Assembly: GCA_012295275.1 (NCBI GenBank)
Contig: CM022671.1
Span: forward strand, 29,264,001-29,328,000
Direction: 5' to 3'
DNA from: Chrysomallon squamiferum
Lineage: Eukaryota > Animalia > Mollusca
DNA length: 64,000 nt
The position numbers and the translations under genes are program-made. The number at the start of each line of letters is the position of its first letter. Positions within the stretch are counted from its first letter, which is position 1. Below the pieces are notes generated by a model. The model saw only the letters and a list, made by a program, of their open reading frames with translations, had not been told where the DNA came from and did not search any database. Below are positions 28,802 to 40,438 of this stretch, one piece after another.

Positions 28802-29563
28802 ACACAGACACACACACACACACACACAGTGAGTAAGACCTAGCCATGCACTAGTTGTAATGTAGGGTTGAGGCAAATATGTGTCAGACTGAACTTCTGT
28901 CTGTATTCCAGCTTAGCTATTTCACATGGTGTATGTTTTCTTGTCTGTGGAAAAAGTGCAGAGAAGAGTGCATTGGCAGTCTATCAGTTAATAAGAAGCA
29001 CATGGAAGCATTCTTTTTCATATTACTATGCAAAAAAATAACACATAAATAATACTGAGACATGTTGGCTATCATTACGCTAATATTTATTCATTCATAC
29101 ACATTTTTAAACATAAATTATATGATATTATTGTTTATAATTAGTTAAATAATGACAAAATAAATAAAAAATCAATTTTTGGAACAGATACTTATTTATT
29201 TAATTGTTATCTTCAGTAATGTGTATTGATTCCTAAACATTTACTCCAATATGAAATCCAAGTTATTACAATCATTGTTATTATTAACATTACTTTATGC
29301 ATGTTGATGTATATTAATTACTCTATTGTTAATGTGAACATAAATGAGATGGCATTATATTGCATTTGCAATATTTTTAAAAAAGCTTTTATTTAATCAT
29401 TATTATTGTAGTATTTAAAATAACTGATTTCTGGTTATTCAATTAGCTAAATGTTTTCTGTTTTTAATCTTTCAGTTTTAATTTCGTATTTGGGGATGGA
29501 TCACCAAAATCTAACAGACGGAAACCAAGCCAGAGAAAACGAAGTTTGACTGTAGCCAAGTAA
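4784..29563 (+). CDS. RILPL1: RILP-like protein (RH1 and RH2 domains; RILPL1/2 homolog), ~411 aa
   Basis: Exons 4784-5080, 12260-12410, 12947-13065, 13904-14152, 15322-15500, 19023-19037, 21519-21554, 24021-24122, 29476-29563; all GT-AG and phase-consistent (1236 nt). RH1: TVTDVYDQAAGIAQEFDKLITVYGNDSVTDLMPKVIKALEQLE. RH2: DLADPDRPRFTMQELRQVLLERNELKTKLIEVEEEL. C-terminal YGPINREPEEK...GGVRKFFNFVF. The microexons and the last exon are less certain than the core. Confidence 0.9.
7727..8045 (+). mobile_element. Decayed tRNA-derived SINE with Meta-type core
   Basis: tRNA-like head (tggctcatttgttaaagc...ggattagtcc), then gagctatttc..., gtgtgggaaggtatatataaaatattccttacttcta...aggtttcttct, and tail gttaaacaaaaataaaaaaacatttcttcc. 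Resembles molluscan MetaSINE consensus as recalled; no alignment was run. Confidence 0.55.
9706..9985. repeat. Local direct duplication of a ~75-bp block separated by a CA/TA microsatellite
   Basis: cagtgcttggtgccttttat(a/g)taattaagtagacatcaca(a/c)cattttcttttgcatat occurs at ~9713 and ~9911 (period ~198 bp). Confidence 0.85.
10589..10591 (+). other. Candidate alternative first coding exon (ATG directly followed by a splice donor) of the RILP-like gene
   Basis: gacaATG|gtgagt: consensus donor, phase 0, compatible with the phase-0 acceptor at 12260; in-frame TAA upstream at 10541. Confidence 0.35.
12056..12182. mobile_element. Small decayed MITE (CAGGGGCGGAT-type termini)
   Basis: Starts caggggcagatt and ends ggtctgccattg (imperfect inverted repeat); internal hairpin catgaagctaaagcttcatg; no clear TSD. 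Confidence 0.4.
14478..14755. mobile_element. Tc1/mariner-pogo (Tigger4-like) MITE
   Basis: TA|gaggttgagaatcatttatcc ... aaagggatctttaacctg|TA: imperfect TIRs with a TA TSD; internal sequence resembles the Tigger4/Zombi terminal region as recalled. Confidence 0.7.
14816..15333 (+). repeat. 32-bp minisatellite, ~16 copies, spanning the intron 4/exon 5 junction of the RILP-like gene
   Basis: Unit attaatctgtacaatatttatcctaggttgat; AG dinucleotides end at 14841+32n up to 15321 (16 sites); the last unit runs into coding VDINEMNQK. Confidence 0.97.
15726..18523. mobile_element. Non-autonomous or decayed DNA transposon with ~620-bp TIRs, Sola2-like
   Basis: taaa|GGGTCATTCCGTGTCAAATCACCCA ... TGGGTGATTTGACACGGAATGACCC|taaa; arms ~15726-16349 and ~17900-18523 are near-perfect reverse complements. 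A 4-bp AT-rich TSD, GRG...CYC termini and very long TIRs fit Sola2. The interior is GC-richer but has no intact ORF. Confidence 0.85.
18524..18594. repeat. 30-bp tandem repeat (~2.4 copies) flanking the transposon
   Basis: taaatataaaatcttgaattataataatgt x2 plus a partial copy; the left flank of the element also ends aataatgttaaa. Confidence 0.85.
19259..19317. repeat. (AAT)n microsatellite
   Basis: Uninterrupted AAT run of ~19 units. Confidence 0.95.
20290..20395. repeat. (TTTTA)n microsatellite
   Basis: Long, nearly perfect ATTTT run. Confidence 0.9.
20607..20855. mobile_element. Tc1/mariner-pogo-type MITE
   Basis: TA|caggtattggaccaattaccc ... ccggataattggtctgctacctg|TA: ~23-bp imperfect TIRs with a TA TSD; subterminal ccagatttc/ggatttt motifs as in Tigger-type MITEs. 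Confidence 0.8.
21650..21905. repeat. (GA)n/(GACA)n compound microsatellite
   Basis: GA runs at 21726-21745 and 21754-21812 within a purine-rich tract. Confidence 0.9.
24290..24350. repeat. (CT)n microsatellite
   Basis: About 30 perfect CT units. Confidence 0.95.
27204..27252 (+). CDS. Candidate alternative terminal coding exon of the RILP-like gene (..GVRK-FFQQLLDNINLPQLDL*)
   Basis: CTGAC branch-point-like motif, pyrimidine tract and tag| at 27203; the phase-2 join to 24122 restores RKFF, as the 29476 exon does. Nearby CAG acceptors (27210, 27213) would give another frame. Confidence 0.45.
28835..29040 (+). mobile_element. Highly decayed SINE relic (same core as 7727-8045)
   Basis: agctatttc and catggtgtatgttttcttgtctgtggaaaaagtgca match the core motif of the other copies. 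Confidence 0.4.
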
Positions 29564-30599
29564 AAAAAAAAAATAAAAAAATAAAAAACTTTAATTCTTG
29601 AAGATATTCATAAAAATTTTCCTGGTTTCTGCATCCTTGTGGAGATAAGGAAATCAGTGCAAACAACATATCAGTAATTTGTGAAAAAAAATATTGGGAC
29701 CAATACTACCATACTCTTGTAATTATTCTTCAAAATTAAGCAACCCTTGCATCTCAGACAATTTTAGAAATATGTCATGGATCATTTAAAAATCTGTGTA
29801 GATTGTCACAGCATTGCAAACAGCAATGTCAGTTGCAGGGGTTGAAATAACTGAGGGGACTAAAGGTAAACAAAATAGCACTTTCTCACATAATGAAATA
29901 TAGTCAGTACTTACTGAATATATTATTTACATTTATGTTGGTATATATAATGTATATATGTGGTATCAAAGATATTTATGTTTGCATAATATAAATAAGT
30001 AAAAGTGAAATTAAAATAAAATTTGAGGTAAAGCAAATGAATGAATGTCGGTGAAATTACATCATAAAGAAAATCATTGGCTGCTGAATATCGATCCAAA
30101 ACGTGAATGAAAACTAAATGAATAGAAAATGCAATACAAATTAATATCAATAAATATATTAATTCAAAGAAAAAACAAATCTATTTCTCTTTTCTTTTTT
30201 TTTAATTAAACTGAATTTAGTGTGATCTTTTTAAATCTTAGTTGATGGTCACAAACATGGCAAAAACATTCCATGTTTTAAAAATCTGTTAAATTATATA
30301 TATATATATATATATAATTTTAATTTTTTTTTTTTTTCTTTTTTTTAACAATATATTTACAGTATTTGAAATGCAGAAGTCATACTTCAAACTTGTTAAT
30401 GTTTAATTTTGAACCATACTAAACAAAACAAGTGTTATAAGTATGTTCAAACCCTAAACTAAATGTATATTAATTTATTTATTTTTTGAATTAATTTCTT
30501 TGATTGATAGTAGGTGTCAACCACATGATTTTCTAATATAAATATAAAAAAAAGAAATCAGCAATGTTATGGACAATTTATTTTTCATATTAGAAAAAA

Positions 30600-30727
30600 A
30601 TGAAATATGAACTTTCCCACAGACAAAAAACCATTTATCACAGCCTCATCTGTTAGGTGCATTAAGAATTGATCCTGGTATCTGTCACTCCAGAGGTCAG
30701 GACTTTGTCACTGAGCTACAGTCATTC
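30600..30727 (-). mobile_element. Decayed tRNA-derived SINE fragment
   Basis: The reverse strand reads gtagctcagtgacaaag (A box)...ggatcaattc (B box-like)...ggctgtgataaatggttttttgtctgtgggaaagttcatat (core motif). Confidence 0.5.
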
Positions 30728-33700
30728 TTGTTGAGTCCATTAGTATGAAGCATTTATTTCTATAAAATGTCAAAAATTTGTAAATGTTTTTGTTTTTTTT
30801 AATTATCAACTGTTAAAGAAACTTCTATTTTTTGGTGGGGTTTTTTGTCTGATTATAAGTTATTATTCAGATTTGTTTTGTTTGATTTTTTGGCCAGATT
30901 TTAGCATGTTGCATAATATGTGAATTGTTAATAATTCTGATAGATATTAATGTTTTGTTTTAGTTTTTTTCTGATTTTCTTTCGTTTAGCTGGTTTTGTT
31001 TGGTTTCTTTTTAACTCATTAATAGTCTTGTTAAATATTATTTAGAGTTATTTTATGAACAATTTTTACATAATTTTGGTTGATTGAATTTATTTTCTTT
31101 TTCCTTCACCTTCTGGTTATTATTTTTTTTTTTTGGCTACCTCAGTTTTACATACATTTCAGTCTTTCTTACAACATACAACCAGATTTTATTTTGTTCT
31201 TCAGAATATGTTGGAGATTTTTTGTTGTTTTTTAAATTAAAGAAGGATCTGATACTATAATAATTTTCTGAAAGATAATAAAGCTAATACTTATGCAGTT
31301 GCAGTGGATTTAAACTACTATGATATATGTAGTGTAATAAAACAAATAAATGTAAAGTTTAGTTTCTTTTCCTTTTTCTTTTTGGTGCACAACAAATCAA
31401 AGCTGTGGGCATCTGTATACATTTTTATACAGCTAACAATGGTCATTTAAATAATAACAACACAAAACAAAAATAATATGCTGTTTAACTATGTGATACA
31501 GATGTTATTATATCTATATTTTATTATTTGTTATCAAAATCATTTGCATTTTTTGCTTAATTAAAAAAAAAAAATATATATATAATGAAGTTTTGTAATG
31601 TTTCGATTAAAATGGTATTGAAGGTTATTCATAACTATTTTGTAGTGATCTTTGATTTCTTGAAAATATGATTTATATAAATGTTTTTTGTTTTGAATGC
31701 ATCATAATTTTTAAGCATTCAGTTTGTTATTTTGATTTGTTTAAATGTGTTGTGAATTGTGATTTTAATTCCGAACAAGATTTTTGTTTGTTAGGTGAAA
31801 AGGTTTTGATCCATCCTCAGATGATAGCAAACTGCTGAATATTTGCCTTGGTAGAGAGAAAGAGAGAAAAAAATTTAAAAATAAAAGATGGGATTTACAA
31901 ATTATGAAGAAACTTCATTCCAGAGTTATCACTCTTCCATGTTTCACTTTAATAGTTGACTTTTTTTCTGAGATCATTGAATTATAAACATATGTTTTTG
32001 AGGTGTTTTTTTCTTCTTTTTTTTATTGTTGTTATTTTTAATAAAGTAAACAGAATAAATGTGAAATATTTTAAGCCCAAAATGTGGTTTAATAATTAAA
32101 ATTAATAATAATAAAATAATGAGGCATTCCAAAACATGAAATTAAATTTGAATCAAAATGTCAAAATGACTTAATTTAAATGTTTAAATCTTACCTTTTT
32201 TCCATAAATATTTATATATTTTATTTTTGCAAATAAAAAGGCAATTAAAAAGTTGTAGCAATTATGTCATTAGTCCCCCTTTGAGCTTGTAAATTATAAC
32301 TTTACATTCCATTAGGATATTTGATAAAATATTTATTAGACTATTAACCAACTTTATTATCACAGGTTGACTTTTCAACCATTAGTTTTTGGCAGTGGTT
32401 AAAAGTAAATAGTCTTTATATCTTGAAATTAACAGAACAACATGAAATAAAATTATAAATCATTAAAGTACTTTCCCTATGTGACTATGCAGGGTGCCTG
32501 ATTATTTTTGAACTTTCAGATTAATTATTTTCTAAAGTTATAATAATAAAACTATTTTATGTACAAATGACATTTATTTACATTGCAGAGATCTCATTTT
32601 GTTCAGTTTTTGTCGCATATTTTTATTTTGTTTTTAAGGCAAGTTAATCATGGTCACATGGATGTGATATGAATAATTAAATATGTTATATAAATTTTAA
32701 GATCCTTTAAAGGAATTAACTGATCAGCTATTTATGTTGTATGTCGTTTCATGAAACATGTACAGTATAATTTAGTGTTTTGAGACTAAGATGCCAATCA
32801 GCTATTAAAAATTAAGTTGATATATTGTAAATGTTTGGCTTGGAATTAATGGTGCCTCTGTCAATATTAATTAAGAAAAATTATTATTATTCTGAAATTC
32901 AGTATTGTGTATTGGACATAATAGAACTATTTGAATGTAGCAATAAAATAACCATCCACAGTGAATGGCTTTGTTTTTTGTTTAGAGCTGATGTATTACA
33001 TTATTAAATTAATATTGACTATGTATCACAGAAATACATGGTTATATATACTGCTCTAATTTTTGAATATTCTTATAAGATGATAGTGCTGCCAATGAGA
33101 TATTTTTGATGTTTTATATTCTAAAATTGATTAAGGGAATTCATAGACTGATAAAGGCAGACCCTTTGTATATTGCATATGGGAAAAAAAACTATTACAG
33201 ATTGCATTAATTCATCAATTTGAATGGTTGTATGTTGCTATATGATCAAGCAAATCACAGTTTCTGAAGTTGATAACCAGAAGGAATATCAGGTATCTAT
33301 GTAACATTAAATGTTTTGTTCACTATAAAAACTAAACTTCAGTTTATATTATAACATTCAATACTTCTCTTCCATATCAAAAATGTCTGTAAAAAAACAA
33401 ACAACAGAACAGATTAAACATTAAAATAAAAAGTTTATACAGGTTTTAAATTACATTTTCCAACAAACAACATTCATTTTTGTGTATATTTTTAATTTAT
33501 AACAGTCCTCTGAGATATTTCAATAAATGATCAACATATATTTTTTAATGCCACTGGTACAGTAAGTGTAATTTTCTGAACACTGGCTGTTGGGAACTGT
33601 TCCTGGATAAAAGTAAAAAAAAAGGTTTTCACAGCATTTTCACTATGCACAGAAAGCAGGAATAACTAAACAGTCTAAGCTAAGCTCAAAATTAATTTTC

Positions 33701-33916
33701 CACCCATCCAGCAAAACAAAACGAAAACAGTTGTCTTCTTAAAAAGAATTCTTTGACAAATCTGCTTCAAATCATGTTCTTTAGAAACATTCTTGAATGA
33801 AAAAAAAAAGCAAATGTTATTTACAGCCCTTGCATGGGATCTATAAATAACATTTCAGATCCTAATTGTCAAGAACAATTATCCAGTGGGTTCTAATAAA
33901 CTGAAACCTAAAGATG

Positions 33917-34088
33917 ATAACTTCATATCCATTTGCTTATAACTTCATATCCATTTGTTTACAACTTCATATCCATTTGCTTACAACTTCATATCCATTT
34001 GCTTACAACTTCATATCCATTTGTTTATAACTTCATATCCATTTGTTTATAACTTCATATCCATTTGTTTATAACTTCATATCCATTT
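33917..34088. repeat. 22-bp minisatellite, ~7.8 copies, in the DRG1 3' UTR
   Basis: Unit aacttcatatccatttg(c/t)tta(t/c) starting at 33919+22n up to 34073. Confidence 0.95.
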
Positions 34089-34109
34089 ATTTTCATAGAT
34101 AATCTGCAG

Positions 34110-37100
34110 CTATATCCTGCGGTAAAAAAATAAAAAGAATAATAATTAATTCACAATATTCATAATCATTTAATATATATTAGAAAAAAGTGTAAGTTAA
34201 GAAAATTTCAAAACTGCTGTCCTTTTTGGTTTAGTTACTAAAACAACAAAACAATCATAATCAAACATACTAATCTCATTTAAATGAAAGACAAAAAAAT
34301 ATTAATTTGAAGATCTTTAAAAAACATGTAGACAGAACTAAAAAAGACACTTAAGCTTTGGATTCAAAACAGTTAATAAATAATATAGTTAGAAATTGAT
34401 TTAATATTTCTTTTTCTTTTTGATGTCAAGGTATAACAACACAAACTAACTTTTTAACTATCTGTACAACGTCTTCATCTGCTAAAACATGTTCCTTTCC
34501 AACTTTTTGTGGTTGATGTCTTGCTGATGATCCCCATACCAGAGCACTTAATAAATTAATAAAAAAATAACATAATTTTTGTATAATTAAAAAAACAAGA
34601 AATTTAATCAAACAGATGCTCTAAAAAGAAAGAAAAGAATCAGAAGTCTAACATATTCTGATATTTCTTTTCCAAAAAAAAAGAAAAAAAAAGTAAAGAA
34701 CAATGCAATATTAAAATAAGAATTTAATACAAAAAAAATCCCCCAAATCCTGCATTTACTTATTTTGGAATTAAACTTGTAAGTGTATCTTGATAAACTG
34801 TAACTGAAAATCGTTCTATTAGTCTCAATTGCAAAATAGTTTTCACTCTATTTATTCAAATTAAACAATAAATTTAATAGAATACACTGAAATGTAAAAA
34901 TTCCATTCTTATTAAAATAAGCTAATAAATTCAAATCACAGATTTAAACAGGTAACATGGAAATAAATTCACGTTAAAATACATACTATTTGAATTCTTT
35001 GAGGATATTTCTGTGTAGCTTGTTACAGAAATCTTCCACTGAACTTCTTCCTTGTTTAAGAACCACTGGAGCTGAGTAATCCGGCAACTGACCTTTAGGT
35101 TTTGTGTATCTGTAATAATTGAAATGAAATAGATAATATTTCATAAATCGAATTTATAATTTTCATTGTTTTTCAAGGATAAAGATGTATAAATGGATTT
35201 CTTTTTCTTTTTCCTATATGTAAGTACTTAACGCAAAATTCGAATTTTAGAATCTGTTACTGAGACTAATAAGAAATAATAAATTATTTGTTTCTATATA
35301 TGATTTTCATCAGTAAATATAATAAGAACATAAAACATCAGTGTTAACATTGATATTTACAGTGTATAAATTGTTTTTTAAAAATCATAGATAACAAATC
35401 TGTTTTTTGGCAAGAGATAAAAAAAATTAAAAAAAATAAAAATATTTAGTATTATAATTATTACTCTGACATAAATAACTTACACTCTGACCAACTCTAA
35501 ATATTCCCACAATTTTTCAAGCAAATCATCGAAGTTCCACTTGTGATGTGCAGAGATTGGCACACAGTGAGGTACTTTGTATAAAATATCCAGTTCCTAG
35601 AAAACATTTTAAATATGTTGGGATTAACTCTTCTTTTTCAAACCTGCATTATATAAACTGCAATAATTTTTTAAATAAAACTGACAGATTATCTTTAAAA
35701 AGCAAGAGAATATGTACAAGAACACTTGTGTCACCTGAAATAAGGACAATTTCAGTTATGCCAAGAATCAATATAAGATCACAGTTGGTCAATATAATTG
35801 GCTATTATTATATATGCATGTAAAAACACCAGGACAAACCAAAACAAACTGATCAGATCATTTATTGGTGATTTTACCCGACCAATGAAAAAAGGTTTCA
35901 ATTTAAAATCAAGTTACTATTAGTCATCCAAATAATGAATAAGAAAACAAATCTAAGATGAATATATCATGATATATTAAGAAAATAAATAATCTTCATC
36001 TTTTACAAAGACAACTTTTAGTTTTTGTGTCATATATAAAATTCACTAGAAAATAACTATTTAAATTTTTATTCCAAAAGGAGTTATTTCATCTTAAAAA
36101 TCTATTCATTCCCAATGACAAAAAAGTAAATAAATATTGTAGATACAAGTCTAAATGATATGCTTAAAGTCAAAAACAAAACAAAATGAAAAATGAAAAT
36201 ATATATTTTATACCTCTATAGAAATCTGGTCGATTTTGTTCAGGAGATAAATGCATGGGATATAAACTCTGTTCCCCTCTACAGCATCAATGAGGTCCTC
36301 CGTTGTAGCATCCATTCTCAGTGTGACATCAGCATTGTGGATTTTGTACTCGTTCAGAATTGTTTTTACAAGATCGTGGTCCAATTCAGATTGAGCAACC
36401 TGGATAAATTAGGAATGCAGTTTGAAATAATTTTTGTTTACTATGCTGCACATTTACATTGAAGCTGGAGATAGAACATTCAAGTAAGGATTTAGATAGA
36501 TATAATCTGGTATATTTAAAATTATAATAAATTAATTTTTTTATACATATATAATGCTTTTTATTGTATTAGTAATTTTGTACAAGAGTCAGTATTTACT
36601 TTTTGTTATATATTTTTTTATATATAATCTAACACAATGTCTCGAATTCACAACATAACTAGAACCAACACACCAAATTATTATTTTTAGAAATATTAAA
36701 AATGGTAATTGTATTTAATTTCAAAGATCAAAATACATGAATGGAAATTAAAAATGATTTTCAAGAAACTAAAAACAATGCAGATGTTGGGTCGGGGGGG
36801 TGTTGCTTGATTTTTTCATTGATGTTTTTTTAACTTATAAACCACACCAATCTGCTTTATTCGTTATTTTATTCGGACACTAATAGTCACGAATAATTCA
36901 CAACCTATAGTTCATATAAATATTTACTCACTGTGCATGTAAGATTGAGGCCACCTTTGTCTTTTTTCTTAAAAATTATATTTGGTGGTTGTTTGTTTAA
37001 CCGGATACCGAATCCTTCAAGTTCTTTTTCCAGCAGCTTTTTGTGCTGAAGTGGTTTTAAAACATCGAGGATAATAAAAATAAGGCCACATGTTCTTGCC

Positions 37101-37845
37101 ACTGAAAACATATAAAGAGATCTAGTGAGATCATTATTTAACAAATAATATTATGAATATTTATATTTTGTAGAAATTAATAAAAAATATATATCAATCA
37201 AGAGACCTAATAAAATAACAAACCAAAAAATTATAAATAATAAAAACAGTATTTTAAAGCAATCACTATTTCATAATTCTTCACTTTTTAAATTACAACT
37301 AGAGACAGTTCCTGATAAAAGTAGATCCATGCTTATTTTTGAGAATTAAGCTTGTTAATATTTTTATGTATTTTTACTACACTAGCACTGGTGTAGAGCA
37401 TTCACACAAACATTCTTAAAGTACAATAAATTAACTATTTTGAAAAATGAATAAAATAGCTGCAATATCAACTCATGCTCAAATTATTTAAAATTTTTCT
37501 TTACATACAAGAATTTATCTTGATAAACCTTCATCCAGATGAACTTTTCTTGAAGTAAAAATTAATAATGTACCTGCAATGACCTGCTTTCCTCTACCCT
37601 TGCCATCTTTGGCTCCTTCTATAATACCAGGAAGATCAAGGAGCTAAAAGTAAAAAAAAAAACTATTAAAATCAAATTAGCTTTGAAAGAATTCTGATTA
37701 GATATATAGAAATCAAATATTTTCCTCTGCTTATCAGTAAAAATAAATATTTCCAATAAATTAAACATTAAATTCTTACCCAAACTTTAATAAAAATAAA
37801 AGAATAAAAATAAATGCTGAAACATGAAGTTTTTAACATATACAT

Positions 37846-37911
<66 letters not shown>

Positions 37912-38441
37912 TTTAAAAATTATCAAAACTCAAATAGTAGTATTCAACTAAGTGAAAAATTAAAAAATAAATATTTGTGCTTAAAATCCAGACCACTTTT
38001 TTCTGTTTTTAATTAGAAAAGGACAAATTTTCATTTGTATTCTTGATATGGCTTGAATGATTTATCATTTAACATTTATGTACCTGAATTTTGGCTCCTT
38101 TGTATCTTATAACCCCTGGCACAGTTGTCAGAGTTGTGAATTCATAGGCAGCCACTTCAGAATAAACTCCAGCTAAGTTACTTAAGAGTGTTGACTTGCC
38201 GACAGATGGAAAACCTGATACAAAATGTGTAAGACAGAGGTGACTCATGTTTCAAAAGATTAATCATATTACTTATGTGCACTGGTTTGCTCTGTACGTT
38301 TACACAACAAAGCTATTTAACATTCTAGCTAGTAATTTAAACAACATCATTAACAGTTTCTTAAAATGGACATCTTAAAACTGGTTAAGTTTAACACTCT
38401 GTTGATAAAAATGTATATACACCTCTTCTTTTATTAAATTC

Positions 38442-38478
<37 letters not shown>

Positions 38479-40438
38479 CAGTTTTTAAATTTTTTAATTG
38501 TATGTTTACATGACACAGATACAGATCATGTCCTTGAATTTAATTTTAACAACAGAATTAATACGGTTTCTTAAAATGGACGTATACAACTGTTTAAAAC
38601 ATTTAAAAATTTAAAAATAAAAACTCACCTACAAAACCAATTCTAGCATCTCCTGTTTTGGCAACATCAAAACCCTCTCCAGCACCTCCACCTCCACCTT
38701 TTGGCTCTATCAGTTCTCTCCTAAGTTTGGCCAAGCGAGCTTTTAACATACCCAGATGGCCTGAGGTGGCTTTGTTTTTCTGGGTACGTGCCATCTGCAA
38801 TGTAACAATTTATACTGAATGTTACTATTAGACAATTATAATATTTTAAAATTAGATTAAGAAATAATTATAACAAATAAAATTAATTCATAAATCTTTT
38901 CTTATTATACATGATAAACTGATTTTGTGGCCATCATCATTTTCATCATTGTCATGTTGATGAAAATATAACATTTGGCAATAATTATGAAGAAACAGTC
39001 CAAATATCTTCTAAATACTTTCAAGATATGATTTTTTATTATTATTATTATTAATATTATTAACCAGTGTTAGTTAAGAAAAAAGTGTTACACCATAAGA
39101 TTATAAATTTAAGATATCTGTGCGGCCAGCCCCATCACCTTTTTATTTCATGTCATTGCATATCGGGCAGACTGATATTTACAATGATAACATCTGAAAA
39201 TGGGTAAAATGGCAGCATCCAAATATTCTGTAACAGAATTATTTTACTGTCATACTTTGCTACAAAAACTAACACTTTACCCAATACAGGATTTTATTTT
39301 GTTTGTACTCTCACACTATATCATAACCCTTAAAGCATCCCGTATTTTGTATGTTTCACTTGCACAACTTCTGAAATTTATTTTGAAAGTTATTTATAAA
39401 AATCTATATTTCACTGATATTTTCCATTGAATTAATGAAATCTTAAATTTACCTAAAAGTTAACAGAATGTTATATCTAATGCAATCACTTAGACTGTGG
39501 CTGTACCAAATTTTTTAGTACAATTTGATCAAATCAATTGTCTGTTAAGATTATGTGTAATCTATTTTCAGTCAATCCTTTTAGCAACCAGCAGAGATGA
39601 TCTGCATAGCTTGAAAGATGTACATGTGACTGAATGAACATCAATTATTAAACCTGACAACTCCACCTTTTAAAAGATCATTCTGTAGATGATCAGTTGG
39701 CTGCAGAAAGTCTAATAAATGTATTTACCAGTGTAATTAATGTAACAATACATAAATATATAAAAGTATAGTCAATTGAAAGTTTTGTATATTAGTTTTT
39801 AAAAATTATTATTATTACTTTTATTTATTTATTTATATATATATATATTTTTTTTTAATATCACAGTTTATGTGCATGAATTTTGCCGACTGCAACTTAA
39901 ACTATTATAAATCATTAACAAATACTGTCATTAACTGTTGTTATAGAATTAATTTGAAACATAAATTCATGATCATAAATCCATGACAGTCATTCTTATT
40001 GTTTTGGGTATCCTCTATTACATAACCGAGGAACTGTGGTATAGTTGTCACGCAATTACCTCCTCACTGCAACAGAAAGATGCCGTTGATGCCTGGGATT
40101 TTTAACAAAATATCTAAATCGTTTAGGGAACTCGCCTTTTGGCATTACTCTTCTTTTTTTTTTCTTTTTTTTTTGCATTCTCTCTATTTATTCTTCGATG
40201 AAAAATAAATATCGAAAATAAGTAAATGAAATGGTTTCAGCAACTCAAATGACTCAAATTTCTCAATCTGTTACACTTACTGTTACTACTAAATAAGTAA
40301 TACTACTTGCTAGTGTTAGTAACTTAGTGTTATTCAGTTATTGAGTCAAATCTTTATTATTGTTTTTTTTCTGACATCTATTTTTTTTTTACTTACCTCA
40401 GCTTCGATTTCAGCTATTCTTTGCAGAATTGTACTCAT
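34110..40438 (-). CDS. DRG1: Developmentally-regulated GTP-binding protein 1 (OBG family, TGS domain), 10 coding exons, 367 aa
   Basis: Minus-strand exons 40438-40397, 38794-38629, 38214-38084, 37643-37574, 37101-36932, 36399-36214, 35596-35484, 35109-34987, 34546-34451, 34116-34110; total 1104 nt, phases consistent. Motifs: [25 protein letters not shown]1 GFPSVGKS, G2 YEFTTL, G3 DLPG, G4 [23 protein letters not shown]. Confidence 0.96.

Noticed and set aside
30650-30727. tRNA gene on the minus strand
   Set aside because: A and B boxes are degenerate, no cloverleaf forms, and it adjoins a SINE core, so it is treated as a SINE head.
33917-34088. CRISPR array or miRNA cluster (22-nt period)
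   Set aside because: No spacers and no evident hairpin precursor; it is a simple tandem repeat.
34426-34611. ORF-track C-terminus KKLVCVVIP as the main DRG1 end or a prenylation signal
   Set aside because: The Cys is not in the CaaX position, and a spliced KKI* end fits the family length better.
38350-38600. Short diverged direct repeats (gtttcttaaaatggac x2); similar cases at 14240/14390 and 60368/60683
   Set aside because: Ordinary local slippage duplications with no sign of function.
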